From IMG/VR virus record IMGVR_UViG_3300005805_000485, positions 1 through 24,170 of that record: a DNA stretch of 24,170 nucleotides. One strand, written 5' to 3'. The position numbers and the translations under genes are program-made. This stretch comes from a virus. Taxonomy: Duplodnaviria > Caudoviricetes. The notes below the pieces were generated by a model, which saw nothing but the letters and a program-made list of their open reading frames with translations, did no database searches and had not been told where the DNA came from. Positions 7,278 through 14,446 of the stretch are shown one piece after another (positions within the stretch are counted from its first letter, which is position 1; every line of letters starts with the position of its first letter).

Positions 7278-7447
7278 TTGACGGATTAAGAAACAGTAAT
7301 TTTTTTGGAGTGAAGCTACCCTATTCGGATCAAGAATTAATGGCCGTAGAAGCCCGCAAAACAAGAATAGAAGCACTTAAAAGAGAGTTAGGTAATAAAT
7401 ATATACTAGCGCCTTTATATGGCAAAATTAAAAGCCCTCGACTATGA
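7274..7447 (+). CDS. Hypothetical protein (57 aa)
   Basis: MIDGLRNSNFFGVKLPYSDQELMAVEARKTRIEALKRELGNKYILAPLYGKIKSPRL. ATGA overlaps at both ends. Confidence 0.65.
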   Translation: MIDGLRNSNFFGVKLPYSDQELMAVEARKTRIEALKRELGNKYILAPLYGKIKSPRL

Positions 7448-7890
7448 ATGGGGCTTATTCATATAAAGAAAGAAATAATGTCGTAAATATAGCTGAAGTA
7501 TTGTTTGAAGCTTATTGCCAATCTAAAGGTTATTTTTATAGAAGATTAGGGTTTGATGAGAAAAACGATCCTATACCTAATTTTTATAATATTAATCCTA
7601 TGATTAGAAACCTTCCCGACTTTTATATTAATAATAAAGGTGTGGCTGGATTGGTTATGGTAAAGGGAACGGCCAATATAAAGCAAAGCGAAATTAGATT
7701 ATTGCCACAATTTTTGGAATGGTATGATTCAAAAGAATGCCCTTTAATCTATGCATTTTGTTTTAAAGATCAAAAACCATTATTGCTATTTCCTGAAAAA
7801 GTTATATTTTTGTATGACAAATCAACTGATCAACAATGGCATGACGGCGTAACTTATAGAAACTTAAATTTAAACAAGGAAACTATATGA
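7444..7890 (+). CDS. Hypothetical protein, possible PD-(D/E)xK nuclease fold
   Basis: AEVLFE helix, LPDF, then LVMVKG where ExK is expected. Confidence 0.5.
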   Translation: MNGAYSYKERNNVVNIAEVLFEAYCQSKGYFYRRLGFDEKNDPIPNFYNINPMIRNLPDFYINNKGVAGLVMVKGTANIKQSEIRLLPQFLEWYDSKECPLIYAFCFKDQKPLLLFPEKVIFLYDKSTDQQWHDGVTYRNLNLNKETI

Positions 7891-8546
7891 AATTAGAAGA
7901 TAGAATTATTAGAGGTATAGAGCAGGGATCACCCGAATGGATGGCTTTAAGAATTGGCCGCATAGGTGGTAGTCGCATGGCTGATCTTTTAACTGAAGGC
8001 AGATCAGGCGAATCTTTAACACGCCGTAAATATAAAAATGAGCTTATAAGAGAAAGATTGACAGGTAAAAAATTAGATACCTATAAAACACCTGCTATGC
8101 AACGAGGAATAGATTTAGAGCCAATGGCTAGGGCATGGTATGAAGTCCATTATAATACCTTTGTGGATCAAGTAGCCATTGTTTTGCATCCTACTATTGA
8201 AGGTGGCCAATGCTCACCTGACGGCCTAGTTGGCAATAATTCTTTAATTGAGATCAAAATACCCAATCCTGAAAACCACCTAGATAATATCCTAACAGGT
8301 GGCAAACAATTAGAGCAATATTATGACCAGGTAATGTGGCAATTAGCCTGTATGCCTGAAAGAGAATTTTGCGACCTTATATCTTATGATCCTGATATGC
8401 CTGATCATTTACAAGGATTCGTGAAGCGTATTTATCGAGATGATGAATATATAAAAATGATGGAAGATAAGGTGATCTTATTCTTACAGGAAATAGAAAC
8501 TACTGTTAATAACTTAAAGGAAATTAAAAATGGCAATAACCCATGA
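7887..8546 (+). CDS. YqaJ-like viral recombinase / lambda-exonuclease family
   Basis: QGSPEWMALRIGRIGGS, AMQRGIDLEPMAR, CSPDGL, IEIK, YYDQVMWQL motifs. Confidence 0.92.
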   Translation: MKLEDRIIRGIEQGSPEWMALRIGRIGGSRMADLLTEGRSGESLTRRKYKNELIRERLTGKKLDTYKTPAMQRGIDLEPMARAWYEVHYNTFVDQVAIVLHPTIEGGQCSPDGLVGNNSLIEIKIPNPENHLDNILTGGKQLEQYYDQVMWQLACMPEREFCDLISYDPDMPDHLQGFVKRIYRDDEYIKMMEDKVILFLQEIETTVNNLKEIKNGNNP

Positions 8547-8757
8547 TTTAATCGCTAAAACAGGCGAATACACTAACGCTAATGGCGAAACAAAAGCTAG
8601 ATGGACTAAAGTCGGCGTGGCTATGAGCAATAAACAAGGTGGAACTTCACTTTTGATCGAAAGTATCCCTGTCAATTTTGACGGCTGGGTAACTATGAGA
8701 GAGCCGCAACCAAAACAAGGTGGTGGCGCAGAGGATAAAACTGACCTACCATTTTAA
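8530..8757 (+). CDS. Putative small single-stranded DNA-binding protein
   Basis: Beta-rich 'GEY...GETK.RW..VG' core and SSB-like C-terminal tail (EDKTDLPF); follows the ERF and exonuclease genes. Confidence 0.55.
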   Translation: MAITHDLIAKTGEYTNANGETKARWTKVGVAMSNKQGGTSLLIESIPVNFDGWVTMREPQPKQGGGAEDKTDLPF

Positions 8758-8833
8758 TGATTTTACTGATGGCATGAGCCATAATGTAGCCCATAATGAA
8801 GTTGCAATATTTTTTTAATTTAAGGGGCATATT

Positions 8834-8905
8834 ATGTGGACAACTCCATCAGCTACAGAAATGAGATTTGGCTTTGAAGTTACGATGTATGTAATGAATA
8901 AGTAA
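8834..8905 (+). CDS. pqqA: Pyrroloquinoline quinone (PQQ) precursor peptide PqqA
   Basis: Hand translation MWTTPSATEMRFGFEVTMYVMNK* (23 aa). Has the W-x-x-P leader, 'R.GFEVTMY' with the invariant E-x-x-x-Y core, and correct length. SD AAGGGG at 8822-8827; terminator downstream. Confidence 0.95.
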   Translation: MWTTPSATEMRFGFEVTMYVMNK

Positions 8906-8932
8906 TGATCATAGTAACAGATTGTTATTAGT

Positions 8933-8968
8933 AAAAAAGAAGGGGCTTAATTGCCCCTTTTTTATTTT
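8933..8968. terminator. Rho-independent terminator, probably bidirectional
   Basis: AAAAAAG-AAGGGGC-TTAATT-GCCCCTT-TTTT: GC stem with an A-tract before and a T-tract after, located between convergent operons. Confidence 0.85.
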
Positions 8969-8969
8969 G

Positions 8970-9098
8970 TGTAATATATATTACATTTTTTAAATTAATC
9001 AAAAAATAAAAGACTAATTTGTAAAATTAAGTTATTGATTTATTTAGCAAAACAATCATTTTTAAACTGAACAAAATGTAAAGTATATTATACATTTT
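8970..9098. repeat. Pair of related AT-rich palindromes in the convergent intergenic region
   Basis: Perfect 16-bp palindrome TGTAATATATATTACA (8970-8985) and AAAATGTA-N10-TACATTTT (9073-9098). Confidence 0.5.
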
Positions 9099-9162
9099 AA
9101 TGGTTAATAGACGCTAAAAATGCCTATATTAACCATGATAATATATAATATCAATTATGAGA

Positions 9163-9360
9163 TCATTTAATATAATGATCGCCTGTATTCCCGTTTGTGC
9201 CAATTAAATCCATTCGATCCTCATCCCAAGTGTCCGATGCATCGTCTGAATCAAAATACTTTTCCTTACGGCCAAACACTAAATCATAATTCTCATCATA
9301 CTGTTTCTTTTGTTTCAATTTGTTTGTTGATCCCTTACCAGCTTCAGAATATTTACTCAT
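9163..9360 (-). CDS. Hypothetical protein
   Basis: GKGS...YDENYDLVFG pattern that I recall from small proteins of aquatic phages; coupled to the upstream gene. Confidence 0.65.
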   Translation of the reverse strand: MSKYSEAGKGSTNKLKQKKQYDENYDLVFGRKEKYFDSDDASDTWDEDRMDLIGTNGNTGDHYIK

Positions 9361-9712
9361 AGTTTTCCCTCACCCAATTAGAAAAGTTAATTAATTCGTC
9401 TTTATTAGCAGTCGATTTCATAGCATTAGCTTTAAAAGATATTACTTGAATATTGCCTTTAATGTAGCCCTTATTATTATCTATGCGATCAAGGCTAGGG
9501 CTTAAATCGCGGTTACCATCAATGGCTTTTTTAATAGGAAGTCCCAAAATAGGACATATTTCAGGAATGATTATATCGGAAACTTCTATGTTGAATTCAA
9601 TGCCTTTTTTTAAAGCACGATGTTTAGCTAACTGAAAAAGATTTTTTTCGCGATTCCTATCTTTCCAATCGCGCAAATATTGTTTGCAGTTGCTCTTATC
9701 TTTTAAGGGCAT
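9353..9712 (-). CDS. HNH-like endonuclease
   Basis: CPILG...SPSLDRIDNNKGYIKGNIQVISFKANAMK, the beta-beta-alpha-Me motif of phage HNH-like nucleases. Start re-assigned to MPLKDK (9712), directly after the upstream stop. Confidence 0.75.
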   Translation of the reverse strand: MPLKDKSNCKQYLRDWKDRNREKNLFQLAKHRALKKGIEFNIEVSDIIIPEICPILGLPIKKAIDGNRDLSPSLDRIDNNKGYIKGNIQVISFKANAMKSTANKDELINFSNWVRENYE

Positions 9713-9713
9713 A

Positions 9714-9875
9714 TTACTTTTTAAATTTAGAACGCGCCCATTCAAAGATTCTAATACAATACCAAATAATTGATAACAATGCGGCAATAGCTGGTAAAAA
9801 TTTCATCACAGTTCCTAAAACTGTAATACCCGAAACAGTATCTAAAGCGTGTTTCGTGTGTTCTTGCATATCCAT
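9714..9875 (-). CDS. Small holin-like membrane protein (53 aa)
   Basis: Missed by the ORF track: MDMQEHTKHALDTVSGITVLGTVMKFLPAIAALLSIIWYCIRIFEWARSKFKK. Hydrophobic segments and a basic C-terminus; near the end of the late operon. Confidence 0.6.
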   Translation of the reverse strand: MDMQEHTKHALDTVSGITVLGTVMKFLPAIAALLSIIWYCIRIFEWARSKFKK

Positions 9876-9890
9876 ATTTATTTCTTTCTA

Positions 9891-10079
9891 CTAATTAATG
9901 ACATGGCGCTCGATAGCCATAAACAAACTGTCGCTAGAAGATATATAGCAGATAGAACCATCAGATAATAAAATAACCAAATAATTTTTATTATCGTGGT
10001 AATCAGCATCAATATCTTTGATTGTTTTATTTTGTAGAAAATTGAAAATGTCATCAATGGTTTCATGGGAAGTTTGCAT
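9891..10079 (-). CDS. Hypothetical protein
   Basis: Co-oriented, overlaps the upstream stop, natural amino-acid composition. Confidence 0.55.
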   Translation of the reverse strand: MQTSHETIDDIFNFLQNKTIKDIDADYHDNKNYLVILLSDGSICYISSSDSLFMAIERHVIN

Positions 10080-10506
10080 TTAAATTTTCAATCACTATTT
10101 CAGGATTAACAAATTTGTTAGCATCATGCTCTGTATCTTCCCACCATAAAAATTGATTTTCAACTAAATTGCTTCTATCTTTTAGTAAATTTATATTTTC
10201 AGGATGTCCAAAGATCAGAGGATCAGAAACCGACCATAGAACTATACCATATTTTTTACGATCCCATGCAAAATGTTGAAAAAAAGAATCGCAACTTATC
10301 CATGTTCGGCATTGATCTACAAGCTTTCCTAACTCATCTAGTGATAAATTTTTTCTAAAATCATCTACTAATTGTTGTTCGCCTTCAATGCCAACTTGAA
10401 CTATTGGTTCTTTAATTAGTCTAATTAGTTCCTTCCAATAAGGATAATTTTTAGCATTAGTCTTGCCGCTTTTTAAAGTTTTAGAATATGGGCTAATGAT
10501 AATCAT
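10063..10506 (-). CDS. Glycosyltransferase family 9-like (heptosyltransferase-like) C-terminal domain protein
   Basis: KNYPYWKELI, LSLDEL..LV, ISCDSFFQHFA, IVLWSVSDP..FG correspond to GT9 motifs K-x-W-P, DSG-x-x-H-x-A and LFGPT-x-P. Confidence 0.65.
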   Translation of the reverse strand: MIIISPYSKTLKSGKTNAKNYPYWKELIRLIKEPIVQVGIEGEQQLVDDFRKNLSLDELGKLVDQCRTWISCDSFFQHFAWDRKKYGIVLWSVSDPLIFGHPENINLLKDRSNLVENQFLWWEDTEHDANKFVNPEIVIENLNANFP

Positions 10507-11477
10507 AAATATAACTTTCTATAAGCATCTTCTAAACTACCTTTCCATTTCCATTGATACATTTTAATATAAATATTCCATGTATCAAGATCACCAAATA
10601 AAGCATGAGCTTCAGCAATAGAACGACCAGGCACTATTTCAGGAAAGCAAGTAAATATTTCAGGATTTTTAATGTAGGGTAATACGCGCTTAAATATTAT
10701 ATGATCGCCCATGCCGCCATTTAATATCACAATAGTTTTATCGCTATAATTAATGAGATTATTAAATACAGTTTCATCTTGGCCGTAAAGAATTTCATTG
10801 GTTTCACTTCTAATACCGCCATTAGGATTTTTAAAATGCCAAGTATTAGCATTAGGAACGGCTAATATTTTATAGCCTTTTTTAAATAGCCCATAAGTAA
10901 ATAAAGTTTCCTCTCTATGCGCTACTCTTGAAAGCCCTAAATGATAATTATGCACGCCAGCACGATAAAGAAAAGAACAATGAAGATGCTCAACTTCTTT
11001 AACCTTATCAATAAATGACCATTGAATATTAGGTTCTCTATTAATAAGTTCTATTTTGCCTGTAGGTTTTTCATTATTAGAATTGACAGGGAAAGGCGGC
11101 GTTAAAATTGCACCGCCTATTGCGCCTACATTTTTATGAGTGTAATTAAAAAGATTCTGTAAAACATTAGGTTCGGGAATAGCATCATCATCAACGCGCC
11201 ACACCCAATCAAAGCCCATGCCATTAGCCATTTGATGTATATAATGCTGGCCTTTTTTATGCGCATAAACCCATTCCCATTTAATGCCTTTAATATTAAG
11301 CATTTGGAAAAAATAGCTATAAACCAATTCATTCCGCATATCTTGTGGCTCATCATTGTCATCAAAAATAACTAGCTTATCAACTTTTTTTGTTTGATTA
11401 ATAACAGCATTAAGCGTTAAAGGTAAGGTCGTATGATAACGACCACGAGTTGCTATTGAACATAAGACACTAGCCAC
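10503..11477 (-). CDS. Glycosyltransferase family 2 (GT-A) with C-terminal GT9-like N-domain
   Basis: N-terminal 'SIATRGR...L.AVINQT...LVIFDD', DxD motif (RVDDD) and REET acceptor-region motif. C-terminal 'IVILNGGMGDHI' resembles the GT9 G-x-G-D motif. Confidence 0.8.
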   Translation of the reverse strand: MASVLCSIATRGRYHTTLPLTLNAVINQTKKVDKLVIFDDNDEPQDMRNELVYSYFFQMLNIKGIKWEWVYAHKKGQHYIHQMANGMGFDWVWRVDDDAIPEPNVLQNLFNYTHKNVGAIGGAILTPPFPVNSNNEKPTGKIELINREPNIQWSFIDKVKEVEHLHCSFLYRAGVHNYHLGLSRVAHREETLFTYGLFKKGYKILAVPNANTWHFKNPNGGIRSETNEILYGQDETVFNNLINYSDKTIVILNGGMGDHIIFKRVLPYIKNPEIFTCFPEIVPGRSIAEAHALFGDLDTWNIYIKMYQWKWKGSLEDAYRKLYL

Positions 11478-12099
11478 GATCCCACCTCATAATCATAAGA
11501 TTAAATTTATTATGCTCATTAATTTCAGGCAAAGTTTCTGAAATAAATCCATGCTCATTAATATAATTGTATTGAAAATCAGGAAAGTGTGATTCGTTTA
11601 AGTTATGAAGTTTATGATGCTCGCCCCAAAATCCTACAGGCTCATTATGTGGTGTGGTTAATAGAAGGCGCTTACAATGTTGCTTTAGTTTTTGTGCTAT
11701 CTCTAATCCATTATCAATATGTTCAATTAATTCAAAAGCAATAATGGTGTCATATTGTTGAAGCGGATAAGTATTAATATCTGCATTCACAAAAGATACA
11801 TTTTCATTCCATTCTTGTTCTTGAGCGACTTGAATAATAACAGGATCGTAATCTAGTCCTATATAGTTTGCATCATTTGGAAGGAATTGAGAGCCGTAAC
11901 CTGTTGAGCAACCTATTTCAAGAATATTCTTGCCTAATAGATTGCGGTTAGCCCAAAGATAACGAGTGGCTTCTCTAGGAAATACGGGATCGCCTTTGAG
12001 AAAAACCGCTCGCTCATAATTATTTGTCAATAAAAATCTATAATAATTTTTATCATGCTTTTTAAAGTATGGCAAAGCATCTTGTATTGTCTTATCCAT
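11470..12099 (-). CDS. Class I SAM-dependent methyltransferase
   Basis: ILEIGCSTGYG (motif I), YIGLD, ADI, YDTIIAFELIEHI, LLLTTP. Confidence 0.88.
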   Translation of the reverse strand: MDKTIQDALPYFKKHDKNYYRFLLTNNYERAVFLKGDPVFPREATRYLWANRNLLGKNILEIGCSTGYGSQFLPNDANYIGLDYDPVIIQVAQEQEWNENVSFVNADINTYPLQQYDTIIAFELIEHIDNGLEIAQKLKQHCKRLLLTTPHNEPVGFWGEHHKLHNLNESHFPDFQYNYINEHGFISETLPEINEHNKFNLMIMRWDRG

Positions 12100-12108
12100 G
12101 ATTGTCCT

Positions 12109-14445
12109 TTAAATTGGATATATAGCTAACACCCTATCACCTGAAGCTAATGCTAATGTTGTAAATGTAGTGCCACCTGATACTGTGCAATCAACGCCAT
12201 TTACAAATATAACACCATTTACTGAAATTTGTATTTTATTTGCAGTATATGAATTTGTAGTTGTAAATGATGTTTGACCAGCAGTTGCAGTATAAGAATT
12301 ATATATCATTGAAGGCACGCCGATATTAACTGTGTTATAAGCAATTGCTTCAACAACATCGTTAAGTGTCGCACCTGTCGCTAATGTAAATGATGTGCCA
12401 TTAGTTGCAGTATAATCTGCACCTACACCTGATTTTAGGAAAGTTCCATTTTTATAAACTTCTAAAAAGCCAACAACATAATTAACTGTAAATACAGTCT
12501 GACCAGCCGTAGCGCTAAATTGTGTTCTTACATAAGTTGCATTTGGAGCTACACCACTAAAACCTGAATATCCTGAAAAGCCTGATATACCTGATGCCCC
12601 ACTAAAGCCTGACAAACCTTGTGCGCCTGTTGCTCCACTAAAGCCTGATATACCTGAAAATCCACTAAATCCACTAGCACCTTGAGCGCCTGTAGCACCG
12701 CTAAAACCACTTAATCCACTTGCACCTATAGCTCCGCTAAAGCCTGAAAAACCACTTATGCCTGAAGCACCTTCAGCACCGCTATAACCGCTATACCCAC
12801 TAAATCCGCTCGCACCATTAGCGCCACTAAATCCTGATATACCTGACGCACCATTGATACCGCTATAACCTGATAGGCCTTGCTCGCCGCTATAGCCACT
12901 ATAGCCTGAATAGCCCGATAAACCTTGTGCGCCAATTTGACCTGAAAAGCCACTATAACCACTAATACCTTGCTCGCCACTATAGCCTGAAAACCCACTA
13001 ATACCTGAAGCACCATTAGCACCGCTGAAACCACTAATACCTGATGCGCCATCTTGGCCACTATAGCCACTTAAACCTTGTTCGCCACTATAACCGCTAT
13101 AACCGCTATATCCACTTATACCTTGAATGCCTTGTTGGCCACTATAACCGCTGATACCGCTCGCACCTTCAGCGCCACTAAATCCGCTATAACCACTAAA
13201 GCCACTATAGCCGCTAAAGCCTGATACACCATTCACTAAAGCAAATATTAAATTATTGCCATTAGAAAAGCCTGAAGTGCCTGTGCCTGCGCTTGAAACT
13301 AAAGTAACAGGATATTCCCAATAAGCAGTAGAAGTGCCTGGATTATAATGAATAGGTGTGCCACTAATTTCCCAAGTTTGAGAATTAGCACTTGAAGTTT
13401 TATCTTGAATAACAAATTGTTCGGTTTGTGTTAATAATGCTAAATAAATATCAATATCATCATTATTTTTATCAAGATGCGAAACATTAATTGCAGTCGC
13501 ACTTATTTGAGTTGCATTATTCCAAGATAAATAACCATTGCCTGGATAACCTGAAGTTGCAGTTGTATTAGCATCATATTCAAAAAAGCTTGATGATGAG
13601 CCTGGTGTTCCGCTAAATCCGCTATAACCTGAATAACCTGATGCACCACTAAACCCTGATAAACCTGAAGCACCGACTTGACCGCTAAAGCCACTAAAAC
13701 CACTTAAGCCTGATAAACCTACTTCACCTGAATAGCCACTAAAGCCTGATAAGCCTGAAGCACCATCTTGGCCTGAATAACCACTTAAACCATTGATACC
13801 GCTGAAGCCACTATAGCCTGATGCACCTGATTCACCTGAATAACCACTAAATCCACTTATACCTTGTGGGCCTATAGCGCCTGAATAGCCACTAAAGCCA
13901 CTAATGCCTGAAGCGCCGACCTCACCACTAAACCCGCTGAAACCTGATATACCACTTGCGCCATTTTGACCTGAATATCCGCTTAATCCATTAATACCTG
14001 AATAACCGCTGAAGCCTGATTCGCCGCTCCAACCGCTAATTCCTGAAAAGCCTGATGCGCCATTTTGACCTGATATACCGCTAAATCCTGACCAACCGCT
14101 AATACCGCTATCGCCTGAATAACCGCTAATGCCACTAGCGCCTGATGTGCCACTAAAGCCGCTTATACCACTTGCACCTGAATAACCTGATATACCTGAC
14201 CAACCGCTTATGCCACTTGCGCCGCTATAACCTGATATACCTGAAAAACCTGAATAGCCACTTATGCCACTAAAACCGCTAGTGCCAACACCACTAAAAC
14301 CTGAATAGCCTGAATAACCTGAATAGCCTGAAAATCCTGAAGCGCCTTGCACTCCACGATCAATTGTAATTTCAGTTGTAGAAGTAGGCGTTACTTCTAC
14401 TGTTATATTGTTGCTATCAACAACATCAATAGAATAATTAGCCAT
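12109..14445 (-). CDS. Gly-X-Ser repeat (collagen-like) virion fibre protein
   Basis: Two long blocks of G-X-S triplets (X mostly F/Y/I/A/L) flanking a ~120-aa globular domain; C-terminal tandem 'ATAGQT-x-F' beta modules; located in the tail region. Confidence 0.8.
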   Translation of the reverse strand: MANYSIDVVDSNNITVEVTPTSTTEITIDRGVQGASGFSGYSGYSGYSGFSGVGTSGFSGISGYSGFSGISGYSGASGISGWSGISGYSGASGISGFSGTSGASGISGYSGDSGISGWSGFSGISGQNGASGFSGISGWSGESGFSGYSGINGLSGYSGQNGASGISGFSGFSGEVGASGISGFSGYSGAIGPQGISGFSGYSGESGASGYSGFSGINGLSGYSGQDGASGLSGFSGYSGEVGLSGLSGFSGFSGQVGASGLSGFSGASGYSGYSGFSGTPGSSSSFFEYDANTTATSGYPGNGYLSWNNATQISATAINVSHLDKNNDDIDIYLALLTQTEQFVIQDKTSSANSQTWEISGTPIHYNPGTSTAYWEYPVTLVSSAGTGTSGFSNGNNLIFALVNGVSGFSGYSGFSGYSGFSGAEGASGISGYSGQQGIQGISGYSGYSGYSGEQGLSGYSGQDGASGISGFSGANGASGISGFSGYSGEQGISGYSGFSGQIGAQGLSGYSGYSGYSGEQGLSGYSGINGASGISGFSGANGASGFSGYSGYSGAEGASGISGFSGFSGAIGASGLSGFSGATGAQGASGFSGFSGISGFSGATGAQGLSGFSGASGISGFSGYSGFSGVAPNATYVRTQFSATAGQTVFTVNYVVGFLEVYKNGTFLKSGVGADYTATNGTSFTLATGATLNDVVEAIAYNTVNIGVPSMIYNSYTATAGQTSFTTTNSYTANKIQISVNGVIFVNGVDCTVSGGTTFTTLALASGDRVLAIYPI
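12553..13230 (-). repeat. Coding 9-bp-period repeat block 2 (Gly-X-Ser)
   Basis: Degenerate 9-bp periodicity, e.g. ccactatag/cctgaaaag units on the + strand. Confidence 0.85.
13600..14355 (-). repeat. Coding 9-bp-period repeat block 1 (Gly-X-Ser)
   Basis: Degenerate 9-bp periodicity encoding GFS/GYS/GIS/GAS triplets. Confidence 0.85.
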
Positions 14446-14446
14446 A

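Noticed and set aside
9071-9099. Bona fide XerCD dif site
   Set aside because: Only the core resembles dif; the putative XerD arm (TTATACATTTT) deviates strongly from TTATGTTAAAT. Kept only as an unexplained dyad.
8960-9162. tRNA or protein-coding gene in the convergent gap
   Set aside because: No cloverleaf or T-loop motif; extremely AT-rich with no convincing ORF plus SD.
9713-9787. N-terminal extension of the HNH-like ORF in the track
   Set aside because: Overlaps the holin-like gene 9714-9875; the ATG at 9712 directly follows that gene's stop.
9878-11365. ORFs 9878-10066 and 11126-11365 (-)
   Set aside because: Alternative frames overlapping better supported genes.
12553-14355. CRISPR array, ice-nucleation protein, or nested ORFs 12756-13070 and 13503-13703
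   Set aside because: Repeats are degenerate 9-bp coding units without repeat-spacer structure. They lack the AGYGST octapeptide periodicity of InaZ-type proteins. The nested ORFs are by-products of the repeat.
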